From Spirochaetia bacterium (GTDB lineage Bacteria > Spirochaetota > Spirochaetia > UBA9216), in the NCBI GenBank assembly GCA_963675665.1, contig OY776510.1, positions 4,768,001 through 4,832,000 on the forward strand: 64,000 nt of DNA, given 5' to 3'. Under the pieces are notes generated by a model. It ran no database searches. It saw only the letters and a list, made by a program, of their open reading frames with translations, and had not been told where the DNA came from. Both the position numbers and the translations under genes were made by a program. This document shows, one piece after another, positions 56,420 to 64,000 of the stretch; position 1 is the stretch's first letter, and each line of letters opens with the position of its first letter.

Positions 56420-57481
56420 CTATTCCATAGCCTTGTAAATGATTGACCAGTAATCTTCAAAGTCGAATGTTGGCCGACCTTCGATATAACCGGCTACATA
56501 ATCGTCAATATTTTCGGTGCTGACCAGCAGACCTGCAGTATTGAACATCATCTGTTCTTCAGTCATCTTTGTTGTATCAATGTAACCCTTGTATGCAGCA
56601 TAAGGAAGTGCAAGACCGAATCCGCCCTGAAGCCATGGATTAACAGAAACTGTTGCAACCATATCGCCGTTCTGGATGGCTGTAATTGCGTCAGCAATAC
56701 CGTCAACTCCGGCTACAGCTACTTTACCATTGAGCCCTTTTGCTCTAAGCGCTTCTACAACTGCAAGAGCCATACTGTCGTTCGCAACCCAGATACCGTC
56801 GATATCGCCGTAGGTTGAAAGCCATGTTTCAGTAATTTCAAGAGCTTTTGCGGGGTTCCAGTCGCCGGCCTGATCATCAATCAGTTCTACACCGGGGTAT
56901 TCGCTGAGAGCTTTCTGAAGGCCTTTAAATCTGTTTATTGCAGCAGAGTTTGCAAGCATTCCCTGGATAGCAAGAATCTTGCCCTTGCCGGGAGTTTTAA
57001 AGCTGTCGAACATAGCTACAGCAATGTCATGACCCGATTTCTGATCATCCGGAGACATGTGAAATACATAGTGTGGATAGTCTCTCGGGTGCAGGCCTTC
57101 TGCGGTGCTCCATACTGTCATCCAGTAAACACCTGCTTCTTCACATATTTCTGCAATTGCTGCAGCGTTAGGTGCATTATTCGGGTCTACATAGAGGATG
57201 GTATCTTTTCCACCTCTTGCAATTGCAGCTTTGATGTTGTTAAGCTCTTTTTCGTCGCTACCATCGCTGACAAGAAGCTGGACATCAATTGTATCCTCGT
57301 CTACTGAATCAGCAAACATCTTGGCGCCCTCTTCAACAGAGAGGTAATACGGATTAGACAGACTTCGGATTGATACTCCGGCAAGTACGGTCTTCGGTCC
57401 TGTCTCCTGCTGCCCTCCGGCAAATACAGGTGCTGCCAGTACTGCGAGTACGATTAATGCAGCAATTACCATCTTTTTCAT
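56420..57481 (-). CDS. Sugar ABC substrate-binding protein
   Basis: VFAGGQQE N-terminus; IRSLSNPYY, ANDSMALA, GVDG. Confidence 0.9.
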   Translation of the reverse strand: MKKMVIAALIVLAVLAAPVFAGGQQETGPKTVLAGVSIRSLSNPYYLSVEEGAKMFADSVDEDTIDVQLLVSDGSDEKELNNIKAAIARGGKDTILYVDPNNAPNAAAIAEICEEAGVYWMTVWSTAEGLHPRDYPHYVFHMSPDDQKSGHDIAVAMFDSFKTPGKGKILAIQGMLANSAAINRFKGLQKALSEYPGVELIDDQAGDWNPAKALEITETWLSTYGDIDGIWVANDSMALAVVEALRAKGLNGKVAVAGVDGIADAITAIQNGDMVATVSVNPWLQGGFGLALPYAAYKGYIDTTKMTEEQMMFNTAGLLVSTENIDDYVAGYIEGRPTFDFEDYWSIIYKAME

Positions 57482-57493
57482 AAATTCCTCCGA

Positions 57494-58516
57494 TTAAGAT
57501 ATTTGTATAACAGGCTTTATAAGCCTGGTATCACCATTGACAAGTTCTGAAAAAACTTGAGGGCATTCATCAAGAGTATGAATGCTTACTACACCTTCAG
57601 TATTAATATGTCCGCCCGAAAGAAGGTTTATTGCTCCTTCAAAATCAACAGGTTCATAAACCCTTGTTCCCCTGATAGTCAGTTCTGCAAAATTCGCTCT
57701 GCGAAGATCAACATTCGTCTCCCCTTTTGCAATGCCTACCTGAACAACCGTTCCGCGAACCCTGGTATTGTCTATTGCAGACTGGTACCCGGTATTTGAC
57801 CCTGAAACTTCAAAAGAAAGATCCGGGCCGTTGCCGTTAAAAAAATCCTTAACTGCAGCAGGGAAATCAGTATCAACAGGAGAGACAACATTAATCCCGT
57901 GCTTTTTTAACAACTCCAGGCGGGCTTCGTTTATCTCCGATACCAGCAGCCTGTTAACACCGGAGGATTTAAGAACTTCAGACAACAGAATCCCGATGGG
58001 ACCGCCGCCGATAATAAAAACATTATCGCCGGGCTTGTACCCGGAAAATCTGATATCATGCAGAGCTACTGCACAGGGTTCAACAATACCGCCGAGCAGC
58101 CGCGGCATTTCTTCCGGCAGCATGTGAAGTTTTTGCTCATTCACGACTGCATACTCGGTAAAACCGCCATGAGTATCTACGCCAAGCAGCCTGAGACTGC
58201 TGCATACATGAGGAAACCCGTTACGACAGGCATAACATTTTCCGCAGGACAGAAGTGCATCAGCGGCTACAAAATCCCCTTTCGAGAACCTCGTCACATC
58301 TTCGCCGGCTTCTTCTATTACTCCGCAGAATTCATGTCCGAGGACCATCGGCGGAACTGAACGGTTTTCGTCAAACTTACCCTTGTAGATAGCAAGATCG
58401 GTTCCGCAAATACCGGAAGAAACTATTTTCAGAAGAACTTCGTCTTTTTTGTATTCTGGTACCGGGATTTCACCAATCGTCATTTCTCCGGCTCCGGTCC
58501 ATATGGCAGCTTTCAT
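57494..58516 (-). CDS. Zn-dependent (MDR) polyol/sugar-acid dehydrogenase
   Basis: GICGTD, GHE, CGKCYAC...C, GGGPIG. Confidence 0.9.
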   Translation of the reverse strand: MKAAIWTGAGEMTIGEIPVPEYKKDEVLLKIVSSGICGTDLAIYKGKFDENRSVPPMVLGHEFCGVIEEAGEDVTRFSKGDFVAADALLSCGKCYACRNGFPHVCSSLRLLGVDTHGGFTEYAVVNEQKLHMLPEEMPRLLGGIVEPCAVALHDIRFSGYKPGDNVFIIGGGPIGILLSEVLKSSGVNRLLVSEINEARLELLKKHGINVVSPVDTDFPAAVKDFFNGNGPDLSFEVSGSNTGYQSAIDNTRVRGTVVQVGIAKGETNVDLRRANFAELTIRGTRVYEPVDFEGAINLLSGGHINTEGVVSIHTLDECPQVFSELVNGDTRLIKPVIQIS

Positions 58517-58571
58517 TAAATCCTCATATATTCAAAATAAATTGAAATATTTCTTGTATTATATTTATTAT

Positions 58572-58687
58572 ATTGTATACTTTATAACTGAGTTGTCAAG
58601 CTTTTTTGACATTAATTTATTTAGTGAGCAATTGTGTGTAATTTTTATACAGCCTTGACAGAAATACTGTATATTTTATATAAAATA
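58572..58687. promoter_or_regulatory. Divergent promoter region of the GRE operon and gntR
   Basis: Minus TTGACA (58599-58594)-16-TACAAT; plus TTGACA (58655-58660); palindrome TATTTTATATAAAATA (58672-58687); TGTATAYTTT boxes. Confidence 0.5.
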
Positions 58688-58720
58688 ACAGGATATCCGA
58701 ATTAGTAATGGAGATATATT

Positions 58721-59386
58721 ATGGATAGTCATGCGATCTTTTCCGAAAACATTCAAACCCGAACTCTTCCTGATCAGATCTATGACTACATTAAAAGCAT
58801 GATAATGAATCTCGAGCTAAAGCCCGGCGATAAAATTCCTGAAGATAAAATAGCTGAAAACCTGGGAGTCAGCAGAACGCCTATTCGAGAGGCTATCCGA
58901 AAACTTCAGCAGTACGGTATTGTTGAAGTAGTTCCCAGACGATTTGCAAAAGTAGTTGAAATAGATATGAGGGCAAAACATAATCTTGGAGAAATAAGGA
59001 TCGCCATAGATAAAATATCAGTAAGACGCCTGGCCGAAATTGCAACCGAAGAGCATTGCGATGCTCTGAGAATGATTGCGGATAATTGCGTCAATCTGGC
59101 TGAAACCGGTAACAGGGTTGAGCTTTTCGAATGCGATTCGGATCTTCATATTGCAATAGCAGTTATGTCGGGGAACCCATATCTTGAAGATATAGTCAGA
59201 AGCCTCAATGCCAAAGTACAACTTCTTTTGGCCAATTCATATCATGGTATTAAATATTCAAGAAACGAACAGTTTTCACATTATAAAATAATAGAAAGCA
59301 TCAGGGCTCACGATGTTGAAAATGCTGTGGAACTTGCCGAAAAACACCTGAGAAAATTCTACTTCGCAGATGATCCAATGCTATAA
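58721..59386 (+). CDS. GntR-family (FCD) regulator
   Basis: GVSRTPIREA, DSDLH...SGN. Confidence 0.92.
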   Translation: MDSHAIFSENIQTRTLPDQIYDYIKSMIMNLELKPGDKIPEDKIAENLGVSRTPIREAIRKLQQYGIVEVVPRRFAKVVEIDMRAKHNLGEIRIAIDKISVRRLAEIATEEHCDALRMIADNCVNLAETGNRVELFECDSDLHIAIAVMSGNPYLEDIVRSLNAKVQLLLANSYHGIKYSRNEQFSHYKIIESIRAHDVENAVELAEKHLRKFYFADDPML

Positions 59387-59393
59387 TAACTGC

Positions 59394-60380
59394 ATGAATA
59401 ATATTACCGACAGAGTTATGAAAGCCATGCTCACTATGCAACGCTTTCCGTGGGAACAGGGCGCAGCTTCCCAGGCTGCACTTGAAATCGGAGATATTAC
59501 CACAGCGAAGCTGCTGGCACGCGACGCCGTCTTAAGGCAGTCACGTGACGGGCGCCTTGGCACAGCGTTCTACCGTGATGACATTGCTATTTTCGGCGAC
59601 GATATAACTGTGACTGATTCTTCAGCAAACGGTGAAGCCGTACAGTTTTTTGCCGATAAAGACGGCGATAAAGTTTTCCGTTCTGCCGCCGAACTGCAAC
59701 TCAGCTGGCTGACTGAACGTGCGCCAAAAACAAAATGCGGCGTACTCTGCCATGTAACAAATAATAAACAGGTTTGGGTAGATTCAATCTTTATGGCGCT
59801 GCCGTTTATGGTGCTTATGGGTGCATTCCGCGAGGCTGAACAGCAGCTTGATGGATTCTACCGTATTCTTAACGATTCCGAAACCGGGCTGCTGTCGCAC
59901 ATCTGGGATGAAGCAACCGGCGACTTCGCCTGCAGGGATTTCTGGGGGGTCGGAAACGGATGGGCCGCCGCCGGAATGGCCAAGATCATCCGATTTCTGC
60001 CGGATTCCGAAGCTTCATTCAGAGAGAAAACTATTGAACGAACAACCGGTCTTATCGACTCCGTACTGAGATATAAAAATAGCCAAAATCTCTTTAATAA
60101 CGTTATAGACCGGCCTGACAGTTTTATAGAAGTCAATCTGGCGCAGATGATATGCTACACAATATTCTCAGGAGTATCCGGGGACTGGCTTGATGCAGCC
60201 TATGCCGATGAAGCGCTGAAAATCAGAACTGCCGTGCTTGCCAACGTTGACGAGCTTGGACTTGTTCATAATATCTGCGGGTCACCGACATTTGCCGAAC
60301 CCGGAACCGCTGTTGAAGGTCAGGCGTTTTTCATCCTGATGGAAGCTGCTTACAGGAAGTATAAGCAGCACAATATATGA
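59394..60380 (+). CDS. GH105/GH88-like unsaturated uronyl hydrolase family protein
   Basis: WEQG, WVDSIFMALPF, GLLSHIW, FWGVGNGWAAAG; ATG 59394 lies 6 nt after TGcTATAAT (ORF track starts at 59370); no signal peptide. Confidence 0.8.
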   Translation: MNNITDRVMKAMLTMQRFPWEQGAASQAALEIGDITTAKLLARDAVLRQSRDGRLGTAFYRDDIAIFGDDITVTDSSANGEAVQFFADKDGDKVFRSAAELQLSWLTERAPKTKCGVLCHVTNNKQVWVDSIFMALPFMVLMGAFREAEQQLDGFYRILNDSETGLLSHIWDEATGDFACRDFWGVGNGWAAAGMAKIIRFLPDSEASFREKTIERTTGLIDSVLRYKNSQNLFNNVIDRPDSFIEVNLAQMICYTIFSGVSGDWLDAAYADEALKIRTAVLANVDELGLVHNICGSPTFAEPGTAVEGQAFFILMEAAYRKYKQHNI

Positions 60381-60414
60381 GAACCAGGTCAAAGAACGTA
60401 ATTCACCGGGGTTA

Positions 60415-61899
60415 TCAATCCCTGAAAAGATCGTAATAGGGATCACCGACATACATAATATGGTTCTTGACTTTAAGATATTCCAGTAATCCTTCCATTC
60501 CGTCTTCACGGCCAATCCCGCTGTTGCGATTTCCCCCGAAAGGAGATTCTATATTTGACATCGCGCTGGTATTCATCCAGACAGTTCCCGCATCCAGCTT
60601 CCCGGCCGTCCAAAAAAGTTTTCTGGGGTTCTCACTGAAGATAGCGGCACCAAGGCCGAAGCGGGTTGCATTTGCCAGCTCTACAGCTTCTTCCAGATCA
60701 CTGTATTTTGTTACAGCAAGAACGGGGCCGAAAACCTCTTCATGAAAAATAGTCATTTCGGGCGTGACTTCATCAATTATTGTAGGAACATAATAAAACC
60801 CTTTATTGTACGGCGGCTCAGTCAGCATATAACCTCCACAGCGAAGTCTCGCCCCCTGAGCTAAAGCCTGTTTAACATGAGCATCAACTGAATCCTGCTG
60901 ACTTTTATCAATCAGGGATCCCATCTGCGTATTATCATCAAGCGAATCGCCCAACCTTATCGCCCCCACTTTTTCTTTCAGCGCGTCCATAAATCTGTCG
61001 TAGATCTTTTCTGACAGCAACAGCCGGCTTGACGAACAGCAGACTTCCCCCTGATTCATACAGAAACCGAGAGTTACACCGCTCAATGCGCCTTCAAAAT
61101 CGCAGTCAGGCTCAACAATAGCGGGGCTCTTTCCCCCCAACTCGAGGACAAGTTTCTTAATCATACGGGCTTTTGATGAGGCTTCCATTAGTCTCCGTCC
61201 AACAGCTTCACTTCCGGTTAAAGCAACGATGTTAACATTATCACTTGCAAGCAGCGCCTCGCCTACAACAGATCCCGGACCTGCGACTGCATTATATACA
61301 CCGGCGGGAACACCTGCTTCAATAAAAATCTCTCCGAGGATCTGGGCTGTTACAGGCGTTTTTACAGAAGCTTTACAGACAACTGTATTACCGGCAGCAA
61401 GCGCCGGAGCAATTGAGCGGGTAAGCAAATGAAGAGGAAAATTCCACGGAGATATGCAAGCCGTTACCCCGTAGGGTTCATAAGTTACATAATCGAATTT
61501 TTCCTTTCCGGGTATATGAATTACCTGACCGCGCAGCATTTTAATTGCATCAGCATGAAACCGGAAAGCACGGGATGATAACGGGATATCTATTATACGG
61601 CATTCCCTGACAGGCTTTCCGGTATCCATAGCTTCCCAACGACTCATTTCCTCCGCTCGTTCGTCTATAAGATCTGCAACACGATGCAGAAAGGATGAAC
61701 GTTCATCAATCTCCAATTCCGACCACACCCCGCTTTTAAAAGCGTTTTGGGCCGCCGATGCCGCCCTCTCCGCATCTTCTGCTGTAGCCTTTGCAAGTTC
61801 TGCAATTGGTTCGCCATTACAAGGATTGATCGAAAAGAAGGTTTCACCCTTTGCCGCATCCTGCCATTGATTATTAATCAACAGTTTAAATTTTCTCAC
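60415..61899 (-). CDS. NAD(P)-dependent aldehyde dehydrogenase (non-acylating)
   Basis: PWNFP, TGS..VG, LELGGKSP, NQGEVC, EEVFGP; GTG 61899 after AAGGAG preferred over 61950. Confidence 0.92.
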   Translation of the reverse strand: MRKFKLLINNQWQDAAKGETFFSINPCNGEPIAELAKATAEDAERAASAAQNAFKSGVWSELEIDERSSFLHRVADLIDERAEEMSRWEAMDTGKPVRECRIIDIPLSSRAFRFHADAIKMLRGQVIHIPGKEKFDYVTYEPYGVTACISPWNFPLHLLTRSIAPALAAGNTVVCKASVKTPVTAQILGEIFIEAGVPAGVYNAVAGPGSVVGEALLASDNVNIVALTGSEAVGRRLMEASSKARMIKKLVLELGGKSPAIVEPDCDFEGALSGVTLGFCMNQGEVCCSSSRLLLSEKIYDRFMDALKEKVGAIRLGDSLDDNTQMGSLIDKSQQDSVDAHVKQALAQGARLRCGGYMLTEPPYNKGFYYVPTIIDEVTPEMTIFHEEVFGPVLAVTKYSDLEEAVELANATRFGLGAAIFSENPRKLFWTAGKLDAGTVWMNTSAMSNIESPFGGNRNSGIGREDGMEGLLEYLKVKNHIMYVGDPYYDLFRD

Positions 61900-61983
61900 T
61901 TTACAACTCCTTTCGGCAGCTATAAAAGTCCTTCCTGAAACCACCACCAATATAACGCCATTTGAAAATATAGTTCAATAACT

Positions 61984-62012
61984 TTGACAAGTATATCATT
62001 TAATTGTATACT
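61984..62012 (+). promoter_or_regulatory. Sigma-70 promoter of the second kduI
   Basis: TTGACA-17-TATACT. Confidence 0.65.
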
Positions 62013-62038
62013 TTGTAAAATATATTTCAGGAGACAAC

Positions 62039-62869
62039 ATGGAAATTCGGCACCCGATACATCCCGAACACGGGAAAATCCTTAACACATCATCACTCAG
62101 AAAAGAATTTTTAATAGATGATCTTTTCGAAAAAGATAAACTCAAACTTGTATACAGTCATATTGACCGGATAATTATCGGAGGGCTGAACCCGGTACAT
62201 AATCCACTTCGCCTTGAAGGCGGAAAAGAGACAGCAAGTGAATTCTTTTTCGAAAGGCGCGAAGGCGGCGTAATTAATATCGGAGGAAACGGCAGAATAA
62301 CCCTTGACGGCGAAACCTATACACTCGGAAACCTCGACGGTCTTTATATCAGTCGCGGAACAAAAGATATTATCTTCTCAAGTGAAAACCCGGCAGCTCC
62401 GGCAAAATTTTATTTTCTCTCCGGTCCCGCCCACAAAACATATCCGTCCCGAATCATTACGCTTGATGAAGCCGCCAGGGTTGAACGGGGTACTGAACAA
62501 TCATGCAATAAACGAATAATATATCAATTTATACATCCGGATGTACTTGATACATGCCAACTGTCAATGGGCCTTGTACGTTTTCAGGGAAATTCTGTCT
62601 GGAACACAATGCCCGCGCACACACATGAACGTCGGATGGAAGTATATTTCTATTTTGATATGGCAAATGATACGGTTGTATTTCACCTGATGGGAGAACC
62701 GACCGAAACCCGTCATATCGTAATGCGAAACGAGCAGGCGGTAATTTCTCCAAGCTGGTCAATCCATTCCGGAGTCGGTACCAACAATTACTCATTTATC
62801 TGGGGCATGGTCGGCGAAAACCAGGTTTTCGATGATATGGACTGGATTGACATGAAGAAGATTCTGTAA
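62039..62869 (+). CDS. kduI: 5-keto-4-deoxyuronate isomerase (second copy)
   Basis: Same length (276 aa) and motifs as 42930..43760. Confidence 0.95.
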   Translation: MEIRHPIHPEHGKILNTSSLRKEFLIDDLFEKDKLKLVYSHIDRIIIGGLNPVHNPLRLEGGKETASEFFFERREGGVINIGGNGRITLDGETYTLGNLDGLYISRGTKDIIFSSENPAAPAKFYFLSGPAHKTYPSRIITLDEAARVERGTEQSCNKRIIYQFIHPDVLDTCQLSMGLVRFQGNSVWNTMPAHTHERRMEVYFYFDMANDTVVFHLMGEPTETRHIVMRNEQAVISPSWSIHSGVGTNNYSFIWGMVGENQVFDDMDWIDMKKIL

Positions 62870-62953
62870 ATATAAAACAAAAAGAAAAATTCTTGTAATT
62901 ATTTTTAAATATTGTATATTTTAGTACAAGATTAGTTATCCTGCGAGGCAACA

Positions 62954-63604
62954 ATGAATAATTTTGATTTTATAAAATATTCTATTCAAACTAAAACACT
63001 GCCCGATCAGGTATTTGATTATATCAAGAATATGATAATGAAGCTGGAACTTAAACCTGGCGAAAAGATCCCCGAAGACAGGATTGCAGAAACACTGGGC
63101 GTCAGCAGAACTCCCATTCGGGAAGCAATTCTCAAACTGGAGCAATACGGTATTGTCGAGGTAGCGCCAAGGCGATTTGCCCGGGTTGTTAAAATTACTA
63201 CTGAGGCAAAACACAATCTCGGGGAGATTCGTATTGCAATCGATTCAATATCCGTTAAACGGCTTGCAAAAATTGCTACAGAAGAACAGTGTGAAGTATT
63301 AAGAAAAATCGCTGACGAATGTATAGCCCTTTCCGAAAGCGGGAACATGGTTGAACTCTTCGAGCGCGATTCGGATTTCCATCTAACCATGGCTAGAATG
63401 TCGGGGAATCCCTACCTTGAAGAAATAGTAAAGAGTCTGACCTTAAAGGTTCAGCTTATGCTGGCAAATTCAACCGAGAGCATCAGATATTCAAGAACAG
63501 ACAAGTCCTCACATTACCGTATTATAGAAAGTATCGGCGCTCATGAACCGGAAAAGGCTGTTAAGCAGGCTGTAGATCATCTTTCAAACTTTTATTTTAA
63601 TTAA
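62954..63604 (+). CDS. GntR-family (FCD) regulator, close paralog of 58721..59386
   Basis: Collinear along its length; TLPDQ..DYIK.MIM.LELKPG.KIPED.IAE.LGVSRTPIREAI. Confidence 0.92.
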   Translation: MNNFDFIKYSIQTKTLPDQVFDYIKNMIMKLELKPGEKIPEDRIAETLGVSRTPIREAILKLEQYGIVEVAPRRFARVVKITTEAKHNLGEIRIAIDSISVKRLAKIATEEQCEVLRKIADECIALSESGNMVELFERDSDFHLTMARMSGNPYLEEIVKSLTLKVQLMLANSTESIRYSRTDKSSHYRIIESIGAHEPEKAVKQAVDHLSNFYFN

Positions 63605-63613
63605 AAACAGAGG

Positions 63614-63641
63614 ACCCCTGAAAACCGCAGTTTTCAGGGGT
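63614..63641. terminator. Stem-loop between convergent genes
   Basis: ACCCCTGAAAAC-CGCA-GTTTTCAGGGGT. Confidence 0.7.
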
Positions 63642-63684
63642 GGTTTAAATCGGATGAAATTTATAAAAACATCAGCTTCCGCTG

Positions 63685-64000
63685 CTATTGTGAAACAGAT
63701 GTCCATGCTGATTCTATTTGGGCTCTAAAAAAACGCAAAGCTTCACCGGCGGCTTTCTCCGGATTCTGCCACGGTTTTCTCCATAATGCCAGAGCACCGG
63801 TGATATCGTCATTCTGAATTTCATTGGAGAAAGACTCCCAGGTAAACCCGCCGTTATAGCCTGCTCTGGCAAGGGCTTTAAAATACCCTGTGAAATCAAA
63901 TGTGCCGCTTCCGGGACATCCCCGATTACTTTCTCCGACATGAGCATACCCTAAAACATCTTTTGTTGAGTCTATGGAACCGGCAATATCTTTTTCTTCA
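63685..64000 (-). CDS. Ketose 3-epimerase (D-psicose/D-tagatose/L-ribulose 3-epimerase family), C-terminal fragment
   Basis: Not in the ORF track. Hand translation: EEKDIAGSI...YAHVGESNRGCPGSG.FDF..YFKAL...YNG..TWESFS...LALWR, stop TAG at 63685. Confidence 0.8.
   Translation of the reverse strand, partial: EEKDIAGSIDSTKDVLGYAHVGESNRGCPGSGTFDFTGYFKALARAGYNGGFTWESFSNEIQNDDITGALALWRKPWQNPEKAAGEALRFFRAQIESAWTSVSQ

Noticed and set aside
46905-58516. Glycyl-radical microcompartment (GRM) locus
   Set aside because: No BMC shell genes and no acylating ALDH or phosphotransacylase in the operon.
63714-63947. 77-aa ORF from the track
   Set aside because: Wrong frame; the overlapping frame 63685..64000 encodes a recognisable ketose 3-epimerase C-terminus.
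1-64000. CRISPR arrays, IS elements, prophage, tRNA/rRNA, defence systems
   Set aside because: Intergenic gaps are at most about 200 bp with no spaced repeats, and no transposase, integrase, nuclease or structural-RNA signatures were seen.

Overview
A 64-kb region made almost entirely of catabolic genes, probably from an anaerobic Spirochaetia bacterium (inferred from the 'AGGQQ(E/D)'-type N-termini of its solute-binding proteins). It holds about 60 CDS and I see no rRNA, tRNA, CRISPR, phage or IS elements. Left to right: (1) L-rhamnose genes (class II aldolase running off the edge, rhaA, AraC regulator); (2) a rhamnose-type ABC operon that also carries an SDR, MoaD and a W/Mo aldehyde:ferredoxin oxidoreductase (AOR); (3) an operon flanked by FadR genes, with a CoA-acylating aldehyde dehydrogenase, a divergent succinyl-CoA-ligase-like pair, an acetoin/2-oxoacid dehydrogenase complex, a LarA racemase and malic enzyme; (4) a sigma-54 operon with two complete sugar ABC sets, a DUF4432-like epimerase, a second AOR+MoaD and a Zn-dehydrogenase, opposite an NtrC-like regulator and a soluble histidine kinase whose input domain is a degenerate ABC ATPase; (5) TRAP-kduI-kduD-IclR; (6) a Zn-dehydrogenase/ABC/glycyl radical enzyme (GRE)/activase/split transketolase/SDR operon whose GRE has non-canonical Cys- and Gly-loops; (7) GH105/88, ALDH, a second kduI, GntR paralogs and a ketose 3-epimerase fragment. 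The best candidates for undescribed biology are the GRE-transketolase pathway, the ABC-ATPase/histidine-kinase fusion, and the acyl-CoA/LarA/malic-enzyme operon. All substrate assignments are inference; no database searches were run.
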